DNA of 64,000 bases from Promethearchaeota archaeon (GCA_016839555.1 JAEOUA010000010.1:32001-96000), one strand, 5' to 3'. Shown: positions 39,902 through 50,553, counted from the first letter of the stretch. Translations and numbers: made by a program. The notes: generated from the letters alone by a model not told the origin.

Positions 39902-40528
39902 ATGTCGAATGAAGATTTAGAAAGTAAAATCTCCTTATTTAGGAAGAAAGTAAGAAATCTCTTTACGGAAATCCAAGAGGGTTTTTCCAGCTTATATACT
40001 GATAATGAGGATTATATCACCCTCAGAATTTCTGTTGAGAAGGCAGAACAAATTGCGGAAAAGAAATTGAAGCATTATATTAATACCCATAAAATAAATA
40101 TTAAGATTCGAGAAGCAAAAGAAAGAGACATTCCAAAAATAAATGAAATTTATCATCGCTCGTGGAAAGCTTCGGAATTACCAATGAAAGAAGTGACAGA
40201 AGAACTCTTAATGGAGATTTTTCAAGATTCTGACACTCATTTTTTATTAGCCCGCTTAGATTCAGAAGATGTGGGGTTTATCTTAATTGAATTCAATAAG
40301 CTAAATCGGGAAATTGGATTAATTTCAGGATTAGGAGTTTTACCGAGATATCAAAAAGGAGGAATTGGGAAATATCTTTCCCTAGAAGCATGGAAATTTT
40401 TTAAGGATAAACGTGTGAAAGAATTACGCTGTGAAGTATATAAGAAAAATGAAATGGCAAAACGTTTCATTAAAGATCTCGGTTTTGAAGAAAGAGGCAT
40501 CCCTCCAAGTCCATATACCTTAAAATAA
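39902..40528 (+). CDS. GNAT acetyltransferase with N-terminal extension
   Basis: IREA..DI, LGVLPRYQKGGIGK, N..A.RF...LGF. Confidence 0.85.
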   Translation: MSNEDLESKISLFRKKVRNLFTEIQEGFSSLYTDNEDYITLRISVEKAEQIAEKKLKHYINTHKINIKIREAKERDIPKINEIYHRSWKASELPMKEVTEELLMEIFQDSDTHFLLARLDSEDVGFILIEFNKLNREIGLISGLGVLPRYQKGGIGKYLSLEAWKFFKDKRVKELRCEVYKKNEMAKRFIKDLGFEERGIPPSPYTLK

Positions 40529-40719
40529 TCGATATAAATAAGAAAATTTTAATAAAAAGGTTGTAACTTTTTGGAGATTTAAGGTTTAAAATTTATATAT
40601 CCCCAAATGATATTAAACTCTCGCAATAAATAAAATAAATTTTATCTAATTATGGGAAAAAAAGTAAAAAAAAAATAAAAAATAAGATATGAAATTCTTT
40701 ATTTACATCTGCTCATATT

Positions 40720-41220
40720 TTATTGGATTTGTATTCGTGGTTTAATAGGTGTAGCCCCTGCCATGTTAGTCATAACTGGGCAATGTTTAAGAGCTCTATC
40801 GAGTAATTCTTGAACCTTTTCTTTTGGTGCATCTGCCTTAATCCTGATCACTGGTTCAAAGTCGGTATAACCTGGTAATTCATCTTCATCAATTCCAAAT
40901 ATCCCAGATAAATTAATTTTACCTCTTGAATATATTTCCATCTTTTCTATTTTAATATCCTCAATCAATGCCCAGAATTTGACTACTGCTATGATACAGG
41001 CTCCAATAACACCTAAAATGACTAATAAAGGACTTGGTCCTTTATTTGTTCCACCCAACCCTTCAGGAGCGTCAATTAAAATTTCAAAACCATCTCCCAT
41101 ATCCACTTTAGTCTGCATTCCTTCTTCTAGCATTTCACATTTTACATTAAAATTTTTCTGTCCAGCTTCATAATTTTTTTTTATTGCTTCATACGTTTCT
41201 TTAAATCCCATTTTGTTCAA
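40720..41220 (-). CDS. OsmC/Ohr family protein
   Basis: DAPEGLGGTNKGPSP, GAC, HCPV. Confidence 0.9.
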   Translation of the reverse strand: MNKMGFKETYEAIKKNYEAGQKNFNVKCEMLEEGMQTKVDMGDGFEILIDAPEGLGGTNKGPSPLLVILGVIGACIIAVVKFWALIEDIKIEKMEIYSRGKINLSGIFGIDEDELPGYTDFEPVIRIKADAPKEKVQELLDRALKHCPVMTNMAGATPIKPRIQIQ

Positions 41221-41459
41221 CTTGTTATTTTAGTTTTAAAGTTATGTGAGTAAATAAAAAATAAATAAAAAGTTTTATGAATGTAAATTCACAACCTTAC
41301 TAATCACACTTTAGGAGGAATTTTAGCTTCAAATTCAAAATTTTCTTTTTTCTATGAAGTTTCATTTTTTCTTTCATAGTTGATCGACTTTTATAATCAA
41401 TAAGGAAATGATATTTAAACTATATTTGAATATCATATTATAAAAATAGCTTAATGTGA

Positions 41460-42008
41460 ATGAATCTCAAAATGGAAGAAGCGAGAACTGTTTCTGAATC
41501 AAAAACCGAAATTGCCCAATTGATGATGCCCCCCGATGCAAATCCAGCGGGGAATGTACATGGTGGAACTATTATGAAATTAATTGATCAATGTGGTGCG
41601 ATTGTTGCATCCCGCCATTGTCATTCGAATTGTGTTACTGCTTCAGTGGATCGTATTGATTTTATCAACCCAGCTTTTATGGGGAATGTTGTAATACTAA
41701 AAGGATCCTTAAACTATGTTGGAAGGACTTCGATGGAAATAGGAGTCCGAGTGGAAGATGAATGTTTAATAACAGGTGCTAAAGCGCATATAGCTACTGC
41801 CTACGTCACCTATGTTGCATTAGATGAGGATGATAATCCTAGGGAAGTACCTCGTTTAATTCCTGAGACGGAGGAAGAAAAACAGCGATTTGAAGAAGCA
41901 AAAATGCGGAGAGAAGAGAGATTAAGTCGTATTCCTAAGCATATTGAACCAAAAGAGGGACCATGCATCCAGAGACCCAGTAAAATTAAAAAAAATTGGT
42001 ATAGCTAG
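41460..42008 (+). CDS. Acyl-CoA thioesterase (HotDog fold)
   Basis: P.DAN..GNVHGG.IMKLID, VTASVD, GRTSMEIGV. Confidence 0.92.
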   Translation: MNLKMEEARTVSESKTEIAQLMMPPDANPAGNVHGGTIMKLIDQCGAIVASRHCHSNCVTASVDRIDFINPAFMGNVVILKGSLNYVGRTSMEIGVRVEDECLITGAKAHIATAYVTYVALDEDDNPREVPRLIPETEEEKQRFEEAKMRREERLSRIPKHIEPKEGPCIQRPSKIKKNWYS

Positions 42009-42067
42009 TGCCAGATTTATTCTTTTATTTTTAAAAAATATAAGAAGTTAAATTAGTTGATTTAAAG

Positions 42068-42490
42068 ATGAAAAATGAATACTCTATCGCAGCCGTCGTA
42101 ATTTATGATAAGGAGTATTTATTGCTTAAGTATGAGATGGGCCATTGGGGATTGGTAAAAGGAAATAAGGAAGAAAAAGAAACTCCAGAAGAGACGATTA
42201 TGCGAGAATTGAAGGAAGAAACAGGTATTGATAATGCCCAAATAATAAAAAATTTTGAAGAACAATATGAGTATTATTATAAATTAAAAGATGATTTGAT
42301 TCATAAATTTGTAAAATGTCTTTTAATCAAATCAAAAACAAAAAAAGTTGATCTTAGTTATGAGCATGTCGATTATGCGTGGTTACCGTTTGAGGAGGCA
42401 TTACAGCGTTTATCTCATAAAAATACGAAGAAGATACTCAAAAAAGCGAAAGAATTCCTTTCGACTCAATTAGATCGATTTCTGAATTAA
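42068..42490 (+). CDS. NUDIX hydrolase (Ap4A hydrolase-like)
   Basis: GHW..KG.....E......RELKEETG, LSYEH. Confidence 0.9.
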   Translation: MKNEYSIAAVVIYDKEYLLLKYEMGHWGLVKGNKEEKETPEETIMRELKEETGIDNAQIIKNFEEQYEYYYKLKDDLIHKFVKCLLIKSKTKKVDLSYEHVDYAWLPFEEALQRLSHKNTKKILKKAKEFLSTQLDRFLN

Positions 42491-42631
42491 GTATTTTAAT
42501 TTCATCGTAAATCTATCCTAATTTATTGATAGCCGGTAATTAATATTTGTTGCGGTAGGTATCACAGAAAAAAAAAATATCTTCAAATTTTTTTACAACT
42601 TTATTTTTTATTTACCTAGGAGGTTACAATA

Positions 42632-42895
42632 TTGGGTAAAGTAAAATCATACGATAAAATTACACAACAAGCATTAAAGAATTTTGAAAACATTAAAGAA
42701 GCAATTAAAGGGATTTATGAACTAATCAGAATTAATTTCAATAAAGATCACATTTATTATAAGATTGGAGTAGATAATATTATCGCACTTTATACCAATA
42801 TAATTGAATTAGGGGCAAACGAATCTGGATTGAAGGAAATCATAGAAAAGTTTAAAAATTCTGAGTTAGAACTCGACATCCCACTTGATTTATAA
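42632..42895 (+). CDS. Hypothetical protein
   Basis: 87-aa ORF, strong AGGAGG SD before TTG. Confidence 0.7.
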   Translation: MGKVKSYDKITQQALKNFENIKEAIKGIYELIRINFNKDHIYYKIGVDNIIALYTNIIELGANESGLKEIIEKFKNSELELDIPLDL

Positions 42896-43103
42896 TTAAA
42901 GACAATTCATTTAAATTTCCTTCTTTAATTTTATCAAAAATAAACCTTATCTAATTATCAAATTCTAATTCTAAAAAGAAGATTTAAAAAAAAGTAATCT
43001 CTCTTCTATTTATACCATTATAATTTTATAAAGTAAAAATAATAATCTCTCTACGCAAGATTAGTAATAAATATAACTTTATATATAAAAAAGAATATAT
43101 AAT

Positions 43104-44120
43104 ATGCCGTCTCAAAAAAGCAAAGTTCTAATTCTAGGCTCACTTGCTTTTGACTATATTATGGGCTTCGATTCAAATTTCGTATACGCAACGAAAATAG
43201 ATAAATTGAAAGAGGAATACCAAAGCACGATAACAGCGAATAGCAGAAAACAACATTTTGGAGGAACCGCAGGAAACATTGCCTATAATATGGGGTTGCT
43301 AAATATTGGCTCCGTTTCATTGATAGGAAGCGTTGGAAAGGATTTTGAGAGCCTCGGCTATAAAGATCATATAACAGTTTTTGGGAATGTCGAATTGGGA
43401 ATTGATATCCATGAAGATGAATTTACTGCAGCATGTTATATAGTAAATGATGTGAAAGCAAATCAGATGATAATTTTCCATGGAGGGGCATTAGATAGGT
43501 GTAAAGAGCTCAATTTAAAAGATAAGATTGATGATCCGGAAAACTATATTTATGCAATCAATTCCACCCAAAGCGTTGAAGCGATGATCAATTTCACAGA
43601 TCAATTATATGACCTTCAAATTCCAATTATTTTTGATCCGGGACAAGTAACTCCACTCTTTCCAAAAGAAATGCTATTTGAAACTATTAAAAAATCGGCA
43701 ATAATAATAGGAAACAAATTTGAAATAGAGCAAATACAAGAAAAACTTGATATGTCCCAAGAGGATCTTATGTCATATCTTCAAGCAATTATTATCACTA
43801 AAAGTAAAGAAGGATCAGAATTAATTTATAAAAGTGATAATAGAATCTATCACTCTGAAATTCCGATTTCCACTCCAAATGAAATTATAGATACTACTGG
43901 TGCTGGTGATGGATATAGAGCCGGTATTTTATCAGGATTAATGTTAAATATGACATTACTCGATGCCTGTCGCCTTGGTTCCGTCGTTGCATCCTTTGTT
44001 GTTGAAACCGTAGGCGCACAGACACATCGTTATTCAATTAGTCAAGTAAGAAAAAGATTTTTTAAAACTTTTAATTATATTCCCACAGAATTGGAGGGAA
44101 TTAGGAATAAAAAAGCATAA
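43104..44120 (+). CDS. PfkB-family carbohydrate/nucleoside kinase
   Basis: GSLAFD, FGGTAGNIA, FDPGQ, N..E, DTTGAGD.YRAG. Confidence 0.92.
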   Translation: MPSQKSKVLILGSLAFDYIMGFDSNFVYATKIDKLKEEYQSTITANSRKQHFGGTAGNIAYNMGLLNIGSVSLIGSVGKDFESLGYKDHITVFGNVELGIDIHEDEFTAACYIVNDVKANQMIIFHGGALDRCKELNLKDKIDDPENYIYAINSTQSVEAMINFTDQLYDLQIPIIFDPGQVTPLFPKEMLFETIKKSAIIIGNKFEIEQIQEKLDMSQEDLMSYLQAIIITKSKEGSELIYKSDNRIYHSEIPISTPNEIIDTTGAGDGYRAGILSGLMLNMTLLDACRLGSVVASFVVETVGAQTHRYSISQVRKRFFKTFNYIPTELEGIRNKKA

Positions 44121-44259
44121 GTCAATCAATATTATCAATATACCAAACATTACTTTTTCCTATACTATTCAATATTAAAAATTCTCTTACATATGGTTAA
44201 ATGAGTTTTTAAAATTAAAAAAGAAAGCAAATAACAAGGAACAACTTAGAAATTGTAAA

Positions 44260-44892
44260 ATGTCCGAGGAAAAAGAATTCAGATTTAAATGTAAAAGATG
44301 TGGGAGTTGTTGTACTGATAAAAATACAATTGTGAATGTAACTTACAATGATATTTTAAGAATTAAAGAAGCCTTAGGTTTAAATCTAGATGAAATCAAT
44401 TTTATATTGAGCTTTTATATCTTTGAAAAAGAGCCAACAGAAGAAGATAAGAAAAAAATGGTCGTTTCCCCCGTGGAAACTGAGAGAGGTAAGGCGTTCG
44501 TCGGATTAAAAAAGACTCCTGATGGCAGTTGTTATTTTTATGATAAAAATCAGAAAAAATGTCGAATATATAAGGCTAGGCCCAATTTCTGTCGAACTTT
44601 TCCTTTTTCATTTAGAATATATGATAAGACGGCAAAAAAATTAGAAAAAATGATTGAAATCAAATATACTGAGAAAGCAAAACAATACTGTCAAGGAATT
44701 GGCGAAGAAGCTCCAATTATTAATAAAAAAAAGTGGCTTAAGTTGGGAAAAGTAACTTTGGAAGACTTAAATAAAAATTATTATATTATTCAAAAATGGA
44801 ATAAAGCTGTCCAGAATAAAGAGATGGAACCAAATGTTAGCAATTTCTTACGAATTATTTTAAATATCGAGGAAAAAAGAGAAAAAAATTAG
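44260..44892 (+). CDS. YkgJ-family CxxCxxCC Fe-S/Zn cluster protein
   Basis: CKRCGSCC, C.F, C.IY..RP..CRTFPF, C.G. Confidence 0.88.
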   Translation: MSEEKEFRFKCKRCGSCCTDKNTIVNVTYNDILRIKEALGLNLDEINFILSFYIFEKEPTEEDKKKMVVSPVETERGKAFVGLKKTPDGSCYFYDKNQKKCRIYKARPNFCRTFPFSFRIYDKTAKKLEKMIEIKYTEKAKQYCQGIGEEAPIINKKKWLKLGKVTLEDLNKNYYIIQKWNKAVQNKEMEPNVSNFLRIILNIEEKREKN

Positions 44893-44904
44893 CTTATTAA
44901 CCAT

Positions 44905-45987
44905 TTATTTTATTAACTCTTGATATTGAAGAATAGTTATTAAAACCCAAAAAAGCATTTTAAGCTCAACTTTTAATGATATAATATCTTCTTTCCAATA
45001 AAATTTCTTATTCTCCATATCGGAACTAAAAAAGGGAGTTGTATTAATAATGGTATCTAATAATTTAAAAACTAATTCCTTTTCTTCATCTGTTATATTG
45101 AGTATAGATATTATTAATAATAATTGAGAAACTTCTATAATAGTCAATTGATTTAAATCAAGATTACTAGTAAAGTTTTTCAATTTTTGAATATATTTTT
45201 CTCTCAACTCTTCTAATTCCCCATTTGGATTTAATAAAATTATACTACATAAAAAATAAAAAGTATCAGAAATAAGATTATAATTCTCTATTTTTGATAA
45301 TTCTAAATTAGATAATTTTTCTAATATTTCATCTTTTTGTAAATTTACCAATAAACCTCTCTTTTTCAAAATATTAACACTATTTAATATAAAATAATTA
45401 TTATATAACGCATTTGGGTTAAAATAACTTAATTCTAATTGAATATACTGTTTAATTGTTTGTAAATCGATAAATTCTATATTTTTAAAATTACTTATTT
45501 CTGATATAACTGATAAACCATAAAAAGTGTTAATGGGATCGGGAACTTGGGTATCAGGGGCAGTAAAAACTGTGTTATGAGTTTGATTTTTAATAATATC
45601 AAAAGCATTATCCATAAAATTCTTTACAAGGTCAACTTCAAGCATTTTTAATATTGAAATATAAAGAAACATGATTTCTAAATCAATATTTTTAAGAAAT
45701 TTGGTAATAGAGGTTATTAAATTTGATTTTTCAATAGAAATTTTATTTCTCACTTCAGTATTAATTGAAGGAAACTGTCCATAATAATCTAAAAAGGTTT
45801 TAGTAGTTGTTTTGAGTACTTTTTCAATGCTACTAATTGTTCCTATTTTATTTTTAAATGATTCTAATGAGATATTAATATCCTTTTTAAGAGAATCAAT
45901 GTTATCTTTTATTGATCTTCGTAATTTATTGATTTCTTCAAAGGTATTAGCTTTATTACTATTTTTTTGATTATTATCATCGCTCAT
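44905..45987 (-). CDS. Hypothetical helical protein (possible prenyltransferase-like repeats)
   Basis: 360-aa ORF; repeated TFY..L..I helices. Confidence 0.6.
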   Translation of the reverse strand: MSDDNNQKNSNKANTFEEINKLRRSIKDNIDSLKKDINISLESFKNKIGTISSIEKVLKTTTKTFLDYYGQFPSINTEVRNKISIEKSNLITSITKFLKNIDLEIMFLYISILKMLEVDLVKNFMDNAFDIIKNQTHNTVFTAPDTQVPDPINTFYGLSVISEISNFKNIEFIDLQTIKQYIQLELSYFNPNALYNNYFILNSVNILKKRGLLVNLQKDEILEKLSNLELSKIENYNLISDTFYFLCSIILLNPNGELEELREKYIQKLKNFTSNLDLNQLTIIEVSQLLLIISILNITDEEKELVFKLLDTIINTTPFFSSDMENKKFYWKEDIISLKVELKMLFWVLITILQYQELIK

Positions 45988-46173
45988 GAGTTTTCCTCTC
46001 TAATACTATATTAAGATTCTTTATTTATAGTTTTCTTAAAATAAATAATAACATTAAAATATTTTTAAATATATTCAATCGATTTCTAATAATAAAAATT
46101 AAGAGTATTATAAAAAAATTTATCAAACAAGTTTTTTCTATGAGAATTAATTGAGACTTTTTATAGAAGCGGA

Positions 46174-46992
46174 GTGAATTTATTATTATGTAATTCTTTT
46201 ATACAATTAGATCAGATAAATCCTATTCTAAATTCAAAAGATATGAAAAAATCGATACAGTACAAAAACTTAGCAAAAGATTATCACAACAAGCGAAGAC
46301 ATCCTTGGAAAGATTTTGAAAAATTTCTTAAAGAATTAATAGAAAAAGGCTTGGATATAAAGGGCACGGTAATTGATTTGGGATGTGCGAATGGTAGACA
46401 TTTCGATCTTATTACAAATTCAAGAAATAGGCTAATAGGTATTGATAACTCTATTGAATTTTTGAAAATTGCTAAAGAACAACTCCGAGTTAAAATTAAT
46501 AATGAATTGAAGAAAAATCAAATCCAAATCATTCAAGCAGATCTCAATTATTTGCCTATTCGTTCTACTTCAATAAATTCTATTTTTTCAATTGCTGCAA
46601 TACATCATTTAAAAACTAAAGAATTGAGAGCAAAGATTTTCTCGGAAATTTCTAAAGTCTTAAAGAATGGGGGATTTATTATTTTTACAGTATGGCGGAG
46701 ATGGCAAAAAAGATTTTATATACATTTTCTAAAAGATTGGATAAAGAGAAGATTTTACCCATCTTATAAAAAGAAACAAATTAAAAAGGAATTAAAAAAT
46801 TTTGGAGATATTTTCGTTCCATGGACCTTATCATCGGAGAATATAAAAATTAAACGATTTTATCATTTATACTCTTCACATGAATTGAAAAAAGTTTTAA
46901 AAGATTTCATAATTCAAAAATTTGAGAAAAGAGGAGGTCCTGGTGGAAAAGATAATTTTTTTGTATTCGCATCTAATAAAAATTATCAATAA
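46174..46992 (+). CDS. Class I SAM methyltransferase, Trm9/ALKBH8-like
   Basis: DLGCANGRH, GIDNS, SIAAIHHL, LK.GG...TVW, DIFVPW, RFYHL; likely ATG at 46243. Confidence 0.8.
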   Translation: MNLLLCNSFIQLDQINPILNSKDMKKSIQYKNLAKDYHNKRRHPWKDFEKFLKELIEKGLDIKGTVIDLGCANGRHFDLITNSRNRLIGIDNSIEFLKIAKEQLRVKINNELKKNQIQIIQADLNYLPIRSTSINSIFSIAAIHHLKTKELRAKIFSEISKVLKNGGFIIFTVWRRWQKRFYIHFLKDWIKRRFYPSYKKKQIKKELKNFGDIFVPWTLSSENIKIKRFYHLYSSHELKKVLKDFIIQKFEKRGGPGGKDNFFVFASNKNYQ

Positions 46993-47025
46993 TACTTTTT
47001 ATGTGGTATATTTTAAAAGACATAA

Positions 47026-47526
47026 TTAATGACATTTGACAGATTTATAACATTCTATAATATAAGGCTTAAAATTTTGGTATAATTGCTCAATAATAGT
47101 AGAATGCAGAGAGAAGAAACGTTCTGACATATCACAATAAAACAAGCCATGTATCGCTTGTTCTTCATAATAATTACGATTAATTCTTTTTCTACGATTC
47201 CCAAACCAAAATGTAAACTCATGGCTTCGTACCCATGTATTCTCTTTATTAATTACTACCATATTTATTGAATTGTAAATATCAATCGATTTCTGAACTT
47301 CTTTATAATGAGCAAAATCCAATCTGCTTTTGGTTTCCCAACTGATTTCCATCTTGGCATTGGCTTTCCAATTCTCATCATATTCATTCGCAGAATGTAA
47401 AATTACTCTTCCTTCTTTCTCATTGCCTTCGATTTTCTTTTCTTTAAACCACACAGGCATTCTGTTTATAGTTATATTAAATTCAGGTCTTTCGTATACA
47501 TAATAAGTTTGTTGCATTAAAATCAT
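47026..47526 (-). CDS. Hypothetical protein
   Basis: 166-aa ORF, ends KCH. Confidence 0.7.
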   Translation of the reverse strand: MILMQQTYYVYERPEFNITINRMPVWFKEKKIEGNEKEGRVILHSANEYDENWKANAKMEISWETKSRLDFAHYKEVQKSIDIYNSINMVVINKENTWVRSHEFTFWFGNRRKRINRNYYEEQAIHGLFYCDMSERFFSLHSTIIEQLYQNFKPYIIECYKSVKCH

Positions 47527-47585
47527 TAAATTTATTTATTTTTTATATATATGATGAAAATTGAGAATTGATAAAGAAATCTCAA

Positions 47586-48164
47586 TTATTTTTCTAATAA
47601 CTTTTTACCTTCTTCAATCCAGTCCTTTATAGAAGCTTCGGAGGTACCACTTACCAGTTTTGCCAATTCTGATGGATTTTCTTTTATTAAATCATTCACT
47701 GAGTGTACTCCGAGGGCATTTAATTTTTCTTGCGTTTTAGGACCTAATCCATACAATTCCGTCAAAGGTATAATCTTTTCTTCTAGTTTCGTCTTCGGGA
47801 TTTTTTGCTTGATTATCTTTTCCTTCTCTGGTTTTTTCTTCTTTACAGGTTCTTTTTCTGGTATTTTTTTTTCGGAAACCAGCTTTTTTTTGGGTTTTTT
47901 TTCTTTAAATGGTGTTCCTTTCTTCTCCTTTTTCACAAATGGTTCTTTTTTTTCTTTTTTCTTTTTAGGAGGTTCTAATGTTTTTAATTGTTCTATATTT
48001 CTTTCGTGAGCAGATTTTCTAAAATAATCAATTTTAATATTTAATTCTTTTAGTAGCTGAACACTTTTCCCAGCCTTTTTAATTTCTGATATGGAAAATC
48101 CGTCTCCTTCTCTATAATGCTGGGTTCTAGATGGAGATTTTACCATTGCTATTTTTTCTTCCAT
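47586..48164 (-). CDS. rpl13e: Ribosomal protein eL13 domain + Lys/Glu-rich linker + helix-hairpin-helix domain
   Basis: R.G.GFS..EIKKAG..ID..RKS.H..N...L; C-terminal LTELYGLGPKT..KL..LGV. Confidence 0.8.
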   Translation of the reverse strand: MEEKIAMVKSPSRTQHYREGDGFSISEIKKAGKSVQLLKELNIKIDYFRKSAHERNIEQLKTLEPPKKKKEKKEPFVKKEKKGTPFKEKKPKKKLVSEKKIPEKEPVKKKKPEKEKIIKQKIPKTKLEEKIIPLTELYGLGPKTQEKLNALGVHSVNDLIKENPSELAKLVSGTSEASIKDWIEEGKKLLEK

Positions 48165-48321
48165 AATTATACCCGCCTTAATTTTTTAATATTGAAAACA
48201 TATCAAAAGTTTTATTTTTTTCTATTTGGAGATTTTTTTATTTTAGTAATACAATTTGAAATGTATAAATTTAATAAAAAAAATATGAAGTTCTATTTTT
48301 TACTTATTTTCTCAACATTAA

Positions 48322-48963
48322 TTAGAAAGAGATAATTTCTTTCTCTTCCAATTTGTTAAGAATTTGGAGGATTTCAATTTTGCTTTTGTTGAATATTCGA
48401 GAAATATCTAACGGAGAATTTTTTCCATTACATTTTAATGCGATTAAATAATCAAGATCGTTAATAATACCCATGGAATGTATTTTTCTCAATATATTTT
48501 TAATTACAGATAATTTAGGGTAGTCTTCCGCTATTTTACCTCCCATAGTTATAATTTCTATATCATTTTTAAAAGTTTTAAATTTGCTTTTTTCGCTGGT
48601 CGTTCGAAATAATTTTATATCTGAATCATGTTTTTTCCAAAATCTATTTCCAATTTTATACGCAACGCTCTTTATTTTTTCAACATTATCTCCCGCATCA
48701 GAAATTGAACATATTAATACCCTCGATTGCTGGTGATAAAAAATAGTTATAATGGAACTTTCCGCTTCAATTATTCTAGTTTTTTCAAATTTTGTTTTTC
48801 CTTTTGCCATAGCTTTATGGATTGAGTCTATTGTTTTATTTATGGCATTGAAGAAATCTGGAAATACTTCTTTTTCTATTTTCTTATTTTGAAATTCTTT
48901 AAATGTGGTATCTAATATTGCAATACCATTATCAGCATCAATTAAATAGACTTTATAAATCAA
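48322..48963 (-). CDS. Longin-like domain + C-terminal winged-helix protein
   Basis: VYLID..G, FF.AI..., IG.RF.KK, then C.GK.S..DIS..F......I..IL.KL..K.II. Confidence 0.65.
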   Translation of the reverse strand: MIYKVYLIDADNGIAILDTTFKEFQNKKIEKEVFPDFFNAINKTIDSIHKAMAKGKTKFEKTRIIEAESSIITIFYHQQSRVLICSISDAGDNVEKIKSVAYKIGNRFWKKHDSDIKLFRTTSEKSKFKTFKNDIEIITMGGKIAEDYPKLSVIKNILRKIHSMGIINDLDYLIALKCNGKNSPLDISRIFNKSKIEILQILNKLEEKEIISF

Positions 48964-49143
48964 TCCATCTTTCCCTAATTATTATAATTTCTTATAAAGA
49001 TAATAACAATTCATTCTTATAATTTAAACTCTCTCTTAAAAATAGAAATTTATATACTTCTTTTTGTATGATTAACAATTAGAATTTTAATTAATGGTGG
49101 TCTTGTCGGAGGTGATAGTTTTTTAATATTTTTAATTGCTTCA

Positions 49144-50553
49144 TCAAATATAAGTATTTACTAATTCCACCAAGTTATCGGATAAATCAGGTAAATTTTG
49201 TTCTATTTTATCAATACTTGTATCTATTTCCAAAAGCAAGAGTAAATAAAGAGTATATTTCTGAACCTTAATTCTTTTAAAAACCATCTTTTTTGAATCA
49301 TTTATAGATAGACTTACGATATAATCCTTTTTTAACAATTTAAACTCCTTAAAAGTTTTATAGAGCGTTTGGAAATGAGGAGCACTAATTTCAAAGACTT
49401 TCTCTTGCGTATCATCATGGGAATAATTGGATATGATGATACCATTTTCATTTAATAATAATATAGATTCTATTGAAGTTTTTTTTGCAAATTGTTTGAG
49501 TTGCTGGCGAAATAGTTCCCGATTGGGGCTTAATTGTCCCAACCCAAAAGAATACGCTACCATTAAGGACCATTGAGTGAAAACTGAAGTCTTAAATATC
49601 TTTACAAAAAATCTATCTGATAAATCTTTAATTTTTTCATACAAATACTGATAATGTTGGTTTGTTTCTTCAGAATTTTGTAAATCAGGATCATATTTAT
49701 TTAAACATACCACAATAGGAGGAAATTCATCAAAATCATTTAGAGATCTGATAACATTTCTATATAATGCTAATGATTGATCAAACCGTTTTTGGTCTTG
49801 AATATCTATGAAAAAAAATAATAGATCTATATTATATAAATAAAGTTTACTCTGTTCAAAATATTTATCTAAATACTTCTGCTGTCCACCTAGATCCCAA
49901 ATCATTATTTCGCTGTTCTTTTGAGAAATAAGTTCTTCCTCGCTTCTATTTACTCCCTTAGTTGGCATTGATTTAATTATTTCAGAGTACTTTTTTTTTA
50001 CTCCATATAAAAAACTGGTCTTACCGGCTTTGTCCAAACCTACAAATACGATTTTAATTTTTCGTTTTAAAGAAAAGGGATCTTTTAATTCAATAGTGAA
50101 TTCATTTAATTCTTCTTTTAACGCATCGATATATTGTTGATATTTTATTTTATCTAATGTTTCTTGAATCTTGGTTGCAGTCCTATCTATTATGACCCGT
50201 AAGTATTTCATATTTTCATATAAAAAATTCTTATTATCTTCATCTACAAGGATTGTTATAGTGGCTGCTTTCGCATTCCCTCGTGCTTTAGGATCGGGTA
50301 TTAAAAAGAAATAGGTTAGACCTGTTAACTTGAGATCAGGGAAAGGGATTACTCCAAAATAATTTATTCCATTTATTTCAGAAGAGTCTTGATATGTTGA
50401 ATCGCCCATTAATAGAGAAATTGTTTTCATAGAAATCAATAATCCTGCTCGCTTTTCTAATGATTTTGGCCAATATATTACTGGAATAGGACCATCACTG
50501 CCAAATTCGCTTAATACTATTGATTTAATTACCTGTCTATCAGATTTTTCCAT
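49144..50553 (-). CDS. Longin/NPRL2-uDENN-like + Arf/Rag-like GTPase + roadblock fusion protein
   Basis: LSEFGSDGP.P N-domain; GLDKAGKT, PTKG, WDLGGQ, NKYD, KTSV; C-terminal ILLLNENGIIIS. ORF-track start 50601; ATG 50553 likely. Confidence 0.85.
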   Translation of the reverse strand: MEKSDRQVIKSIVLSEFGSDGPIPVIYWPKSLEKRAGLLISMKTISLLMGDSTYQDSSEINGINYFGVIPFPDLKLTGLTYFFLIPDPKARGNAKAATITILVDEDNKNFLYENMKYLRVIIDRTATKIQETLDKIKYQQYIDALKEELNEFTIELKDPFSLKRKIKIVFVGLDKAGKTSFLYGVKKKYSEIIKSMPTKGVNRSEEELISQKNSEIMIWDLGGQQKYLDKYFEQSKLYLYNIDLLFFFIDIQDQKRFDQSLALYRNVIRSLNDFDEFPPIVVCLNKYDPDLQNSEETNQHYQYLYEKIKDLSDRFFVKIFKTSVFTQWSLMVAYSFGLGQLSPNRELFRQQLKQFAKKTSIESILLLNENGIIISNYSHDDTQEKVFEISAPHFQTLYKTFKEFKLLKKDYIVSLSINDSKKMVFKRIKVQKYTLYLLLLLEIDTSIDKIEQNLPDLSDNLVELVNTYI

